Positions 37,209-47,510 of a stretch of DNA of 63,802 nt are shown here, piece after piece. The translations under genes and the position numbers were made by a program. The stretch lies in the IMG/VR virus record IMGVR_UViG_3300042922_000620, positions 1-63,802 of that record. One strand, given 5' to 3'. The notes under the pieces are model-generated. The model ran no database searches. It was not told the origin of the DNA and saw nothing but the letters and a program-made list of their open reading frames with translations. The first letter of the stretch is position 1. Every line of letters begins with the position of its first letter. This DNA is from a virus (Duplodnaviria; Caudoviricetes).

Positions 37209-39068
37209 ATGTACGCACTGCCGACCATCACCGACTACGTCTCATGCTCGAGGCAGTGTCACATCGATCGGCCGACACCGAGTAGTGAGCCCGGCACCGA
37301 CTACGGCGTCGCGTACGGCTCGCCGCTGTTCGCCGTCGAGAGCGGCCGCGTCACCTACACGCGCACCGGCAACCACGGGCCGACCGGCCGGTACATCGAG
37401 TACGTGCTCGATGACGGCCGCACCACCCGTTCACTGCACCTGGCTGAGGTGTGGGTGAAGCCCGGCGATCGCGTGGCCCGCGGCCAGCAGATCGGCAAGA
37501 CCGGCGCATCCGGCAACGGCTCGGACTGGGGCTACGGCGCACACGTGCACCAGACCCTCTGGCCCGGAGCGGCGTGGGCGGCGCCGACGCTCGACTTCGA
37601 GAAGTACGTCGGGGGCGGGCCCATCGCTGGCAACCAGCGCATCGTGGGGCCGAACGGCGTCAAGGGTCGCGCGGACGCCACCACGGCATCCGCTGAGGTC
37701 GACTTCCTCAAGGCGGGCGTGGTCGGCACGTTCGATGGGTGGAAGAACGGTGAGAACGTCGACGGCAACCCGGTGTGGTTCCGCGGCATCTCGGGCAACT
37801 GGTTCTGGTCGGGCGGCTTCACCGACGCCGGCACTCATGACCTGACCGACCTCAACCCGCCGCCGCCTCCGGTTATCCAGCCCTACCAGCGCAAGGCGGG
37901 CCCGAACGGTGCGAACGCCCGCCTGCAGCCGTCGGCCGCTGGCGAGGCGCTGCCCTCGAGCATCGGACCCGGTGTCGTTGGCGACTTCAACGGCTGGATC
38001 AACGGCGAGGTCGTGGAGGGCAACGGCGTCTGGTTCCGCGGCTCGATCTCCGGCAACTACTTCTGGTCGGGCGGGTTCGAGGACAAGGGCACGCACGACC
38101 TCGCGGACCTGAACCCACCGAAGCCGCCACAGAAGATCACGCGCACGGTGGGCGAGAACCCCTCGAACGTGCGCGGCAAGCCGTACACGAGCGTTGCATC
38201 CGTCGCCGTCGAGGCCGCCGGCGCCGTCATCGAGATGAAGGCGTTCGCGCACAGCCAGGACGTGGAGGGCCAGGACGTCTGGTTCCAGCGCGCCGTCGAC
38301 GGCCTGTGGCAGTGGGCGGGTGGCTTCACCGACCAGTCCACGACGGGCCTGCCTGAGGTGGAGGCACCGCCGGACGGCACGGACCCGGACGACGACGAGT
38401 ACACGCCCGACATCGTCACGCCGACGGCGGAGGACTTCCCGGCGTGGATCACGTACGACGAGCGACTCGACCCGGATGCGCTCAAGCCCGATCTCAACAA
38501 GGCGGCGTACGAGTATTACGGCGTGAAGTACGACCCGATCGAGTCGCACACGCACTGGTGGAACCTGCCCGGCCAGGGCGGCACGCACGACGGGAACGTG
38601 AACTACATCCTCGGCAAGGCGGGGCTGTCGGTGAACTACGTGCTGTCGGCGGGCCGCGTGACGCTCATGGTGCCGCTGCACCTGATCGCGGCCACCACTG
38701 GGCAACGCAATCCGTTCGCGTGGAAGTCGGAGAACGACCCGCTTATCACGGTCCCGGGCTCCGATCTCGGCTACAAGACGTCGGGCTATCTGCATTACAT
38801 CGTGGAGAAGTTGAACCCGCGCCTGCGCGAGGAGGCCATCCGGCTGCACAAGGAGTTCTACGAGACGTCGTGCTCTGACATCAACACCGCGAAGGTGCGC
38901 GAATTCGCCGAGATGTTCCACTCCGGCGCGCTCGACCCCGCTACCGGGCAGCCGCCGGTGGGCCCTGAACCCGAGACCGTGACGATCAGCCACGCCGACG
39001 CCGAGGAGGTGCTGGCCGCAGCCGAGTACACCGCGACGGTCATGCGCGGTGCGCTCGGAGCGAAGTGA
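37209..39068 (+). CDS. Endolysin: M23 peptidase, three cell-wall-binding repeats, amidase-like domain
   Basis: GTDY..LHL..GQQIGKTG..AHVH (M23); 3x VWF..WxGGFxD; HTHWW...SVNY...LHKEFYETSC. Confidence 0.9.
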   Translation: MYALPTITDYVSCSRQCHIDRPTPSSEPGTDYGVAYGSPLFAVESGRVTYTRTGNHGPTGRYIEYVLDDGRTTRSLHLAEVWVKPGDRVARGQQIGKTGASGNGSDWGYGAHVHQTLWPGAAWAAPTLDFEKYVGGGPIAGNQRIVGPNGVKGRADATTASAEVDFLKAGVVGTFDGWKNGENVDGNPVWFRGISGNWFWSGGFTDAGTHDLTDLNPPPPPVIQPYQRKAGPNGANARLQPSAAGEALPSSIGPGVVGDFNGWINGEVVEGNGVWFRGSISGNYFWSGGFEDKGTHDLADLNPPKPPQKITRTVGENPSNVRGKPYTSVASVAVEAAGAVIEMKAFAHSQDVEGQDVWFQRAVDGLWQWAGGFTDQSTTGLPEVEAPPDGTDPDDDEYTPDIVTPTAEDFPAWITYDERLDPDALKPDLNKAAYEYYGVKYDPIESHTHWWNLPGQGGTHDGNVNYILGKAGLSVNYVLSAGRVTLMVPLHLIAATTGQRNPFAWKSENDPLITVPGSDLGYKTSGYLHYIVEKLNPRLREEAIRLHKEFYETSCSDINTAKVREFAEMFHSGALDPATGQPPVGPEPETVTISHADAEEVLAAAEYTATVMRGALGAK

Positions 39069-39439
39069 TGGCAGTAGGGGATGACGGCATCCCGCCCTGG
39101 GTCGACTTCGTCCTGGATCGGGTAGATAAGCAGTTCGACAACACCAATTCCCGGATCGACCGCCTGGTCACGCAGGACGCGTTCCGGCAAGAGCAAGACC
39201 GAGTGAACCAGCGACTCACGACGCACGATCGAGAACTCGGCGAGAGCAAGGCGGCCATCCAGGCAGAGGCCAACGCTCGAGCCACCGAAAACCGCCTGCG
39301 GGCCGAGCAGGAGAACGCACAGAAGGACAGGATCATCGCCACCCAAAAGCAGACCCAGTGGCAGTGGCTGCTCATCATCGCGGGGCCCATCATCGGGTGG
39401 GTCGTCGGGGGTATCCTGCCGCCCATTGGAGGGCCGTGA
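39068..39439 (+). CDS. Lysis-region membrane protein
   Basis: Coiled coil plus C-terminal TM helix. Confidence 0.75.
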   Translation: MAVGDDGIPPWVDFVLDRVDKQFDNTNSRIDRLVTQDAFRQEQDRVNQRLTTHDRELGESKAAIQAEANARATENRLRAEQENAQKDRIIATQKQTQWQWLLIIAGPIIGWVVGGILPPIGGP

Positions 39440-40179
39440 TGACCGAGGATGAGCAGACGTCGGAGGTGATCCAGGCGGTCACCCCCGGCTCGATCACGAT
39501 CCCCACCATCGTCGAACCGCGGCGGCCACCGTGGGTCCTCTATCTCGCTACCGCCGCCCTGCTTGTGGTGGCGTTCGTGGTCATGTTCGGCTGGGTGTCG
39601 AACCTCGTCGACCGCAATGAGCGTCTCAATGCCATGGTCAGTAAGCAGGCTGACGTGATCGCCGCGAACGACATACAGATCTCGGACCTGATCGACGATC
39701 TGATCGCCTCCAATGAGAACGCTCAGCGCCTCTACGATCAACTCCTGGCCGAGGGCGTGCAGCCCGACGGTGTGCCGCCGGACGTTCTTACGCCAGACGC
39801 GGGACCCCGCGGTCCCGCCGGTGAGATAGGTCCTGCTGGCCGCCCGCCCACCGACGCCGAGGTGCAGGCTGCCGTCGAGCGGTTCTGTGCCGCCGTCGGC
39901 GGATGCCAGGGCCGGGATGGCGTCGATGGCGCGCCCGGCCCAGCCGGCGCGAACGGGGTTGATGGCGCCAGTGGGACCGATGGCGCGCCCGGACCCGCCG
40001 GACCCCAAGGCGAGCAGGGACCCGCTGGCCCACAGGGTCCCCCTGGGCCCGCATGCCCCGAGGGCTATACCATCCAGATAACGTGGGTCGCGATCTCCGA
40101 CGAGGAGTTTGGCGTCTACACACCCCAGCCGGTGCCCCTGTGCCGGCCGACCGCACCAGTAACGGAGGGAACGCAATGA
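39436..40179 (+). CDS. Membrane-anchored collagen-like protein
   Basis: TM helix, coiled coil, Gly-X-Y run ending GPACPEGY. Confidence 0.8.
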   Translation: MMTEDEQTSEVIQAVTPGSITIPTIVEPRRPPWVLYLATAALLVVAFVVMFGWVSNLVDRNERLNAMVSKQADVIAANDIQISDLIDDLIASNENAQRLYDQLLAEGVQPDGVPPDVLTPDAGPRGPAGEIGPAGRPPTDAEVQAAVERFCAAVGGCQGRDGVDGAPGPAGANGVDGASGTDGAPGPAGPQGEQGPAGPQGPPGPACPEGYTIQITWVAISDEEFGVYTPQPVPLCRPTAPVTEGTQ

Positions 40180-40670
40180 TCCTGAACAAGTACGCCGCCG
40201 GTCTGCTCACGCTCGTGGGCACGCTGGTCTACGCGCTGCAGTTGGCGCTGGCCGACAACGTCTTCACCCCGCAGGAGCAGTGGGAGTTCGGCGGCCTGGC
40301 CGCGGGCTCGGCGGTGGCGATCTTCGTCCCGCTGCTCAAGACCGGGTGGGCTGCCCTGCTCAAGGTCGGCGGTAACGTCATCGTCGCCGTCGCTGGCGCG
40401 ATCGTCGGTGTCATCGTGGCCGGTGGCGAGTGGCAGACCTCGACGACCATGGCGATCATCTTCGCGGGCGTGAACGCGCTGCTCACGCAGTTGGGCGTCT
40501 CGATGCGAACCGACTCGGCTAAGCAGGCCCTGGCGGCGCCGGACGTCTCCGACCGCATCCCCGTTAAGGTCGACGGACAGGCCGTCAAGGTCGTCCTCGC
40601 GCACGACCCGTCGGCGGCCAGCGGGCCGGGTCTGTCGCAGCATGACGACGGTCGCGCGGTGGTAGGCTGA
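40176..40670 (+). CDS. Holin-like membrane protein
   Basis: Four TM helices at end of lysis cassette. Confidence 0.65.
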   Translation: MILNKYAAGLLTLVGTLVYALQLALADNVFTPQEQWEFGGLAAGSAVAIFVPLLKTGWAALLKVGGNVIVAVAGAIVGVIVAGGEWQTSTTMAIIFAGVNALLTQLGVSMRTDSAKQALAAPDVSDRIPVKVDGQAVKVVLAHDPSAASGPGLSQHDDGRAVVG

Positions 40671-40702
40671 CACCGTTCCCTTCGTCCCAATCTTGGGACA
40701 GC

Positions 40703-40740
40703 GAGAGGCCCGTGACCGGGGGGTTGGTCACGGGCCTCTC
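40703..40740. terminator. Bidirectional terminator between genome arms
   Basis: GAGAGGCCCGTGACC/GGTCACGGGCCTCTC at convergence point. Confidence 0.85.
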
Positions 40741-40751
40741 TGTTGCCCAGG

Positions 40752-41885
40752 TTACTCCTGGGCGGTCCGGCGCCGAGCGATAGCGAACGCTGCGCCACCT
40801 GCGGTCAGCAGCAGCAGGGCTGCTCCGAGCGCGAGGGGTGAGACGTCTTCACTGCCGGTTGCCGCGAGCGCTGCTGGGGGGGCAGGCGTCGCGGGCGCTG
40901 CGGGGACAGCGGGCGCCGGGGTTGTGGGTTCGGGCTCAGGCTCCGGCTCCGGAGCGGGCTCCACGAACGTGTAGGTGGTGCATCCGATGGTGAACGACTC
41001 GACCGTGGTGGTCGACGCCTCCGGGTGCGTGTAGAGCAGGCGGATGCCCGACACCGTCACATCGCCGTTGAACTCGATGTAGTCCGAGATCGAGCCGAAG
41101 GCCGGGTAGCCCATGCCAGCCTCGACGCCCTCCCAGGCGCTCTGGCTCCACAGGTTCCCGCCGTAGGACGGCTCCTCCTCGAACGAGATCGTGCCCTCGG
41201 GGGTGTCGATGTGAAGGCCGACGTACTGGATCGGGTCGGCCTGGATGTCCAGGACCGTTCCGATGTCAGCGAGCGTGCCCGAGAACGGGACCGCGATCGA
41301 CTCCGACTCCCAGCCACCGGGGACCGAGATCACGCCGTCGCCGACGATCGTCTGGTAGTCGAGCACCGTGGTGCACGACGGCTGGTAGACGGTCGGCTCC
41401 TCCTCGCAGACCACCGCGTCGTGCTCGATGGTCTCAGTCCACGGCTCGACGTAGTCCGGGTTCGGGATCGTCATCGTCGGCTCGCCCACCGGGTCGGTAG
41501 CGGCGACGTTCTCGCGGTAGAACCATGAGCCGTGCCCCTCGCCCTGCTGGTAGACGCCGGTCTGGTCCTGACCCGGGCCGCCCTCGGTGTGGGGTCCCTG
41601 CCAGGTGCCGCGCTCGTCGAGCGGGAACGTGGGCGCGCCCTCGAGCGGACCCTGATCCTTGTTCGGCGAGAAGTTCCACCACGTGGTCGACGCCGGCACG
41701 CCAGGGACGTACTCGGGGTTGTCGACGGTGATGGTCGGCTCACCAACGGCGGGGCGCTCGATGGTCTCCGTCCAGGCATCGGACGGCACACACGGCTCCG
41801 GCGTGGCGTTGGCAGCGGGGGCCGCGAATGCGATCCCTGCCGCGACAAGCAGAGCGGCGAGCGCCCCGCTGGCGAACTTCTTCAT
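40752..41885 (-). CDS. Secreted sortase-anchored surface protein (LAATG)
   Basis: Signal peptide ending ANA; Pro/Glu linker; LAATG + TM + RRR tail. Confidence 0.8.
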   Translation of the reverse strand: MKKFASGALAALLVAAGIAFAAPAANATPEPCVPSDAWTETIERPAVGEPTITVDNPEYVPGVPASTTWWNFSPNKDQGPLEGAPTFPLDERGTWQGPHTEGGPGQDQTGVYQQGEGHGSWFYRENVAATDPVGEPTMTIPNPDYVEPWTETIEHDAVVCEEEPTVYQPSCTTVLDYQTIVGDGVISVPGGWESESIAVPFSGTLADIGTVLDIQADPIQYVGLHIDTPEGTISFEEEPSYGGNLWSQSAWEGVEAGMGYPAFGSISDYIEFNGDVTVSGIRLLYTHPEASTTTVESFTIGCTTYTFVEPAPEPEPEPEPTTPAPAVPAAPATPAPPAALAATGSEDVSPLALGAALLLLTAGGAAFAIARRRTAQE

Positions 41886-42913
41886 GCGTTCTCCTTCTGT
41901 GTTCCCCCGGTGTTGCCCGGGTGGTCTTGTGATGAATCGCTCGGTTCAGCCAGGCGATCCCACAACTGTCCTGGCGTGCGCTCGGGGTGACCGCCGAGCA
42001 CGTTCACTGCAATCTCGTCGGCGCGCAGTCGCCTGTCGCCGTCCGCCCACATCTGGCACCACTTCTCCATCAACTCAGCGGGTATCGGTGAGCCTGCCTC
42101 GGTGAGGACCTTGGCGGTCATCGGCCGAGTTCCGCGACGATGACGTCGGCGAGGTGCTCGCGATGGCCAACGGTTCCTGACCCCTCCCAGCCCAGGCAGT
42201 AGCAGCGCCTGCCGCCCAGGTCGGAGATCATGCGGTGGTGATCGAGCAGGTTCACCAGTTCGACGCGGTCGATCTGCGGCCGGTTCGGGCGGAACGGCAG
42301 CGTCTCGCGCCCGGCGACGAACTCGGGCAGGACGTAGACGTGGCTGCGGTCGCGACGCTCGACGAGCCGGACGAGCCGCCCCTCCTTGTGGAGATTCGTC
42401 AGCGCGCTCGACATCTTGCCGTGGTGCAGCGAGCCCTTCGACTCGCGCAGTTCGACGATCGTGATGCCGCGCACGTGCTGCTGCGCGGCGAGGATCAGCG
42501 TCAGCCGCTGCGCCTTCGCCGTCACGCCCTCGACGAGGTCGTTGTACGCGGCCTCGCGGCTCGTGTCGCTCTGGCTGTTGTAGCCGCTCGTGCCGTTGTA
42601 GCCGAGGCTAGGACCCGGCTCGTCCGCGCTGGGATCCGGTGTGTCGTTCGACCTCCCGGTATCCGGGCTGGGGCGGTGGTCCTCCGGGGTGCTTTCCTGT
42701 GACGCCATCCCATACTCCGTTCTCTTGGTCTTCTCGCGCGGTGTCCCGCAGTTCTCGGCCGAGGAGCCGGTGTCCTTCGTCGGTGACGTGGACTTTGCCG
42801 TCGGCCCGGTATTCGGCGTACTGGCGGCCCATGATTGTGAGGCCGTGGGCGGTCGGGATGCCGTCGATCTCGCGACGGCGATCCCCCTCTGGTACGGATT
42901 TGCTCCTGGCCAC
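41882..42913 (-). CDS. Three hypothetical ORFs (41882-42121, 42118-42708 winged-HTH-like, 42608-42913)
   Basis: Overlapping leftward ORFs; GITIVEL..SSALTNLHKEGRLVRL. Confidence 0.55.
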
Positions 42914-43004
42914 GGCTACGCGCCTCGCCTGCGAGCGAACAGGGCCGCGCCGGTGTCAGCGGACCCGGCGCCGATCCTGACGCGCGAGAGGGGCGCACAG
43001 CGCT

Positions 43005-43463
43005 TCATGCCGCCTCCAATACCCGAGCCGCGACCAACTGCCTGTCGGTCGGTGGTGCGAACGAGTAGTGCAGGGCCAGCAGGGTGGAGTTGTTGAAGAT
43101 GCTCGGCCACACCTCGCTCCACTCCCGGCGGACATCCGGAGCACCCGCGGGCCGTCGGTGTCTCACGACATTCGGCGACACCTTGAACTCCTCGGCGATC
43201 CACGCCGCCGGCACACCCTCTCTGCACAAGACCTGGATGCGCTCCTCGGCCTCGGGGGTGAGTTGCGCATGCACCGGCGGGCGACGGATGCCGAAGTCCT
43301 CGCGCAGCACCCGCCACACGCTGTCGACGTGGACGCGGGTGGTGGCCGCGAACTCGGCCACCACCTCACGGTCGATGCCGTTCTCCTCGACGAGACGGGC
43401 CAGCCGGGTCAGGTCGATCTTGCGCGTCCCGACCCGGTGAGCGACCTCAGTGCTCTGTGCCAT
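43005..43463 (-). CDS. HTH-like protein
   Basis: EGVPAAWIAEEFKVSPNVVR. Confidence 0.6.
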   Translation of the reverse strand: MAQSTEVAHRVGTRKIDLTRLARLVEENGIDREVVAEFAATTRVHVDSVWRVLREDFGIRRPPVHAQLTPEAEERIQVLCREGVPAAWIAEEFKVSPNVVRHRRPAGAPDVRREWSEVWPSIFNNSTLLALHYSFAPPTDRQLVAARVLEAA

Positions 43464-44496
43464 CGCCGTCCTCCACGACCTCAGCGTCGACCACGTTCGG
43501 GTCGTCTTCATGTGCCTGCTCTGCGGCCGCCTCAGCGAAGACCATGGCCTCCGCTTCGGCGGCGTCCTTCTCCTCCTCGGCCTTGGCCAGACGCTCGCCG
43601 ATCTCGACGATCCACGGGCCGAGGACCCGCTTGGGCTGGCGGCCGCGGCGGATCTCCATGTCGAGTACGCCCTGGTTCTTCGCCGCCTGCCAGAGGGAGC
43701 GGGCGTCGTCCGAGGTCTCGAGGTTGTCGACCGCCTTCTTCCAGTCGAACGCCTTCACCTCACCCGTCTCGGGGTCCGCTGCGACGTCCTCGTCCGTCTG
43801 CTGCGGCGGCGTGTCGACGATGGGGGCGGCGGCCGCGGGCGTCGATGTTTCACGTGAAACATTCGGGTGCTTGTCGGGGACCTGCTCGAGGTTGATGGGC
43901 TCGCCCATCTCGTCGGTGTTGGCGCCGAGTTCGTCAGGCGAGTACGTCGCACCCATGAGCACCTCGGGGCACGCCTCGCGCACGCACTCGGTGATCGAGC
44001 GCGCCTTGAGCATGGACCGCCGGTACTTCTTCCAGTTGTCCTTGTTGTCCACCCCCGCAGCCCTGGACTCCGCAGCGCCCCACTCCACACGGAAGGTGAA
44101 GTCCGGGTCATCAGAGCGGACGATCTCACAGATCGCCTTGAGGTTCGGGCCGGTGCCCTCGGTCCACACGCGCAGCCGGTGACCCGCCTCGCGCACGAGC
44201 GCCGCCTGCAGGTTAGCCGAGAGGCTCGGCTTGCCCTCGATGATGTGGATGTTCGTGAGCCCGACCATCGGGTTCACGCCGACCATCGCCGCCGTCTCGA
44301 GCATGTAGAGGATGGCGCCGGGGTTGGGCCGGGGCGGCACCATCACGCCGTCGACGTTCTCCGGCTTGGTCCAGAAGTTCTTGGGCACCAGTTCGCCGGC
44401 GCGTGAGAGTGCGACGGCGTACTGCTGCTTCTCGGTCAGCGACGAGCGGCCGTACGTGCCGACGCGTGCGAGATCCTTGCCAGGCTGTTCGGTCAT
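43447..44496 (-). CDS. recT: RecT-like ssDNA annealing protein
   Basis: IHIIEGKPSLSA, KDNWKKYRRSMLKARSITECVREACPEVL; next to exonuclease. Confidence 0.8.
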   Translation of the reverse strand: MTEQPGKDLARVGTYGRSSLTEKQQYAVALSRAGELVPKNFWTKPENVDGVMVPPRPNPGAILYMLETAAMVGVNPMVGLTNIHIIEGKPSLSANLQAALVREAGHRLRVWTEGTGPNLKAICEIVRSDDPDFTFRVEWGAAESRAAGVDNKDNWKKYRRSMLKARSITECVREACPEVLMGATYSPDELGANTDEMGEPINLEQVPDKHPNVSRETSTPAAAAPIVDTPPQQTDEDVAADPETGEVKAFDWKKAVDNLETSDDARSLWQAAKNQGVLDMEIRRGRQPKRVLGPWIVEIGERLAKAEEEKDAAEAEAMVFAEAAAEQAHEDDPNVVDAEVVEDGDGTEH

Positions 44497-44795
44497 AGTG
44501 AATGGTCCTCCACGAGGTCGTAGGTCTGATCGAAGATGTCGGGCTTGCACGGGTAGAACTCGCCCTGCACGCCGCGAATGACGACGTCACCGATCGTCAC
44601 AGCCATGTCGCCCTCAAGGGTGCGGATGTAGAACAGCACGCTGTCGTCGATGTGGTCGGGTCGGTCCTCGGCGTCGATGCTCGGCAGAACTCCACCGCAC
44701 CACGCGAGCACAGCGAGGTCCTCGTCGTAGCCAAGGCCGGTGCGCATGAACTGCTTCTCGACGGGGCGGGAGCGGGCAAGCCCGGGATGGGTCAC
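44493..44795 (-). CDS. Conserved phage protein (GEFYPCKPDIF family)
   Basis: IRTLEGDM..GDVVIRGVQGEFYPCKPDIFDQTY. Confidence 0.8.
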   Translation of the reverse strand: MTHPGLARSRPVEKQFMRTGLGYDEDLAVLAWCGGVLPSIDAEDRPDHIDDSVLFYIRTLEGDMAVTIGDVVIRGVQGEFYPCKPDIFDQTYDLVEDHSL

Positions 44796-45895
44796 GGCTT
44801 CACTTCCTTCGGGGTGATGGTCATGCGGCGGCTGAACTTGCCGGCCTTGACGACCTTGCGGACCTTGGTGTGCTTCTCGATGAGCGCCTGTGCGCGCTCG
44901 TACTGCTGCTTCTCGCGAGCGTTCATCCCGTCGATGTCGAGGTAGGACTCGTTGGTGCTGGTCGTGCGACCCTCCGACGAAGACACCGACAGCGTGGCGA
45001 ACCCGAGGTCGTGCTTGCAGTCCGGGGCCTCCGGGTGCAGGTAGACGGCGGCCAGCGCGTCCCACGACTTCTCCCGTGCCGCCTCCGCGGCGGCCGCGGC
45101 ATCCCGTGCCTTGAGCACCTCCTGCACCCACACGGCATGCTCGGTCGGGAAGTCGCTGACCGGCGGCAGTTCGTCCGTGCGCAGCGCGAGCGCCCGGTCG
45201 ATCTCAGCCAGCGCCCTGGGAGCGACCTTCTCGACGAGCGCGTCGATGAGGTCCTGGTTGCGCGGCACCCACACGAACTGAGGCGGCCCGATCGGCGTGA
45301 ACGTCCCCGACTCCGGGTCGATCTTGTCGTCGTGCTGCTCCCAGACGAACAGCGTGCGATCCGCGTTCATCACATACATCTGCCACTGCATCTGCGTGTA
45401 GTAGTTCGAGCGGTCGAAGTGCGAACCCGGCACGATGTCCACCAGCACACGAGCCTCGTCGATGGTGCCGGGGTGCAGGTCATGCTTGCTCGTCTTGATC
45501 TCGGCGAGCACGGCTTGCGGCACGCCGACGTACAGTTCGCCGGTGAACGGGTCTCGCGAGATCCCGTCCGGGCTGGCCAGGTGGCGCGAGTTCTCCGGGT
45601 GGGCGTACGTGGACTCGCACGGGGTGATGCCGAACTTGCTCTCGATCCACGCGCTGATCGCGGGCTCGCGGATGTTGCCGTGGTTCACGTACGGCAGGTG
45701 TGAGAGGTCCTCGAAGTTGCCAGTGACCTTCTCCTCGATGATCTGCCGACGCTTGGAGGCGGTGCCCCAGTCGCGGATCTGCGTGGCGGTCAGGCCAGGG
45801 CGGCGGAAGTCGAGCCACGGTTGACGCGTCTCCGGCCGCTGCTTGTCGTAGCGGGGGCCCTCAATGGGCACCTGCAGCGTGAGGGTCGAGGTCAT
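44792..45895 (-). CDS. YqaJ/RecE-like exonuclease
   Basis: GLTATQI, HGNIREP, ASPDG, EIKT, YYTQMQWQMYV. Confidence 0.9.
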   Translation of the reverse strand: MTSTLTLQVPIEGPRYDKQRPETRQPWLDFRRPGLTATQIRDWGTASKRRQIIEEKVTGNFEDLSHLPYVNHGNIREPAISAWIESKFGITPCESTYAHPENSRHLASPDGISRDPFTGELYVGVPQAVLAEIKTSKHDLHPGTIDEARVLVDIVPGSHFDRSNYYTQMQWQMYVMNADRTLFVWEQHDDKIDPESGTFTPIGPPQFVWVPRNQDLIDALVEKVAPRALAEIDRALALRTDELPPVSDFPTEHAVWVQEVLKARDAAAAAEAAREKSWDALAAVYLHPEAPDCKHDLGFATLSVSSSEGRTTSTNESYLDIDGMNAREKQQYERAQALIEKHTKVRKVVKAGKFSRRMTITPKEVKP

Positions 45896-46422
45896 GCTGT
45901 TCCCTGCTTCCTGGCGAGATACCTCGCCTGCTGTTCGCGCGGGCACTCGAGGCACCTGCGTCGTCCGTTCTTGCGCTTGACCAGCACGTGCCCCTTCGGG
46001 CAGTGCGTCTTGCGCCTGTTGATCTCTGTGGGCGACGGCCGCCCCGTCTCCCGGGCCAGCCGGCGCTCTGCGCGGCAAGTCTGGCAGCGGTGTCCGACAC
46101 CCTCCACCCAGTCGTCAGGGCCGTACTCGTGGCCCTTCGGGCACTCGGCTCGCGCTGCGGGTCCGGGCACCACGGTCCACAGGTAGGGGTTCACGTTGCG
46201 CGCGTGGGTTCCGGGCTTTCGGGCCAGCCCGGAACCCCGCGGTATTGCCCCGAGGATCTGCTCGTACAGGTGGACGACCAGCCGGACGGGCATCTGGTCG
46301 ACGTAGATCCACGGCGTGTCCTCGCCCTTCCAGTACGCCCAGTCCGGCAGGAGCAACTCCCGGTCGGGGTTGGCCTCGATGGTCTGGACGATCACCTGCT
46401 CGATCTCGGGGCTGTACTTCAC
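45892..46422 (-). CDS. Degenerate HNH-like protein with two CPKGH zinc repeats
   Basis: RNVNPYL remnant; CPKGHEY..CQTC and THCPKGH..CLEC. Confidence 0.6.
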   Translation of the reverse strand: MKYSPEIEQVIVQTIEANPDRELLLPDWAYWKGEDTPWIYVDQMPVRLVVHLYEQILGAIPRGSGLARKPGTHARNVNPYLWTVVPGPAARAECPKGHEYGPDDWVEGVGHRCQTCRAERRLARETGRPSPTEINRRKTHCPKGHVLVKRKNGRRRCLECPREQQARYLARKQGTA

Positions 46423-46649
46423 CGCTCGCCACCTCCGACGTGCCTTGTCGCGATGCGGTGGATCCCGAAGATGACCACGACGAACGGCCAGAACAGCGCG
46501 AGGATGAACGACAGAAAGCCCATTATCAAGATGATCTCGATGGGCCCCATGAACTTGTCCTTCTCGTTGCGATAGAGAATGCCGTAGGACGCGATCCAGG
46601 TGACGAGAAGCCCGACGATGTACACGGCCAGGATCAGCCACCCGATCAC
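46419..46649 (-). CDS. Membrane protein
   Basis: Two TM helices, FWP motif. Confidence 0.7.
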   Translation of the reverse strand: MIGWLILAVYIVGLLVTWIASYGILYRNEKDKFMGPIEIILIMGFLSFILALFWPFVVVIFGIHRIATRHVGGGER

Positions 46650-47104
46650 GGCGCCTTCTCCATCCCGCCCGGAACTCCGGGCCATTGCTCGCCGAGACGA
46701 GTGCGGTGGTGAGACATGTCGCGCGGGCCGGTGGTGAACTCGCGCGGCCCGAAGATGCACGGCTCGCCAACGCCAGCCCCGCACTGTGGGCATGGAATCG
46801 ACCTAATCTCCTGGACCTTGGTGGGCACCTTGCCGACCCACTCCCCGCCGCCGCTCACGGCGCCGTCGAAGTACGGACCAGGGGTGTCATCCTGGAACAG
46901 GCCCATGTCAGCGAATGCGGCAGTGCCCTCCTTGTCCGCGACTTGGAAGCGGAACGAGAGGCGATACCACTGCCCCAGTGGGAGTCCCGCCATCTGGTGT
47001 GTGATGTGGTGCGGCAGGCGCAGCGTGACATTCACGCGGTTCTCGCGCTCGTCCCGCAGCGCCGCCTCGAGTTCGGCGATCCGCTTCGCCTTACGCCCGA
47101 ACAT
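46646..47104 (-). CDS. Hypothetical protein with C-terminal zinc finger
   Basis: CPQCGAGVGEPC...HHRTR; GGAGGAGG RBS after palindrome. Confidence 0.7.
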   Translation of the reverse strand: MFGRKAKRIAELEAALRDERENRVNVTLRLPHHITHQMAGLPLGQWYRLSFRFQVADKEGTAAFADMGLFQDDTPGPYFDGAVSGGGEWVGKVPTKVQEIRSIPCPQCGAGVGEPCIFGPREFTTGPRDMSHHRTRLGEQWPGVPGGMEKAP

Positions 47105-47510
47105 CGGACACCTCCTCCATCCCAAGATTGGGACGCTCGCCACCCAGGATCACGATCAGGTCGTCGAGCGTCATGAGGACCAACTGCTCCCCCATCCGCG
47201 TCTCGCCGATGCCGACTCGCTTCGCGATGACGCACGTCGCTGCAGCGTCGTCGTTCACGCGCTCGATCTCGGCTTCTTTCAGGAAGCCGGCTACCGTCAA
47301 CTTCGTGGTGTTCTTCACCTCGATCGTGAGTGGGCGGCCGTCGGGCAGGCGGACGTTCGCGATGTCGCCGCGGTCGGCCCTTCCCGTCTTCGTCCGCCGC
47401 TGGATGAACTCGGCGAAAGGGAGCCGGGCCAGGCCGGCACGCAGGTAGGAGACGGACTGCGTCTCCATCCACGTGCCAGCCTGCCGGGCCGTCCGGTGCG
47501 ATCGCGCCAT
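47091..47510 (-). CDS. Holliday junction resolvase (PD-(D/E)xK)
   Basis: AGTWME, DRGDI, TIEVKN, EAEIERVN. Confidence 0.8.
   Translation of the reverse strand: MARSHRTARQAGTWMETQSVSYLRAGLARLPFAEFIQRRTKTGRADRGDIANVRLPDGRPLTIEVKNTTKLTVAGFLKEAEIERVNDDAAATCVIAKRVGIGETRMGEQLVLMTLDDLIVILGGERPNLGMEEVSDVRA

Noticed and set aside
12442-38993. Long antisense ORFs (e.g. 12442-13971, 17650-19416, 27444-29978, 30338-32266, 37431-38993)
   Set aside because: Shadow frames of high-GC coding genes with no recognisable motifs
39800-40070. Collagen repeat protein as a tail fibre
   Set aside because: It has an N-terminal TM helix and lies within the lysis cassette
45892-46422. Active HNH homing endonuclease
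   Set aside because: Catalytic His/Cys residues of the HNH core appear lost (RNVNPYL); only the zinc repeats remain
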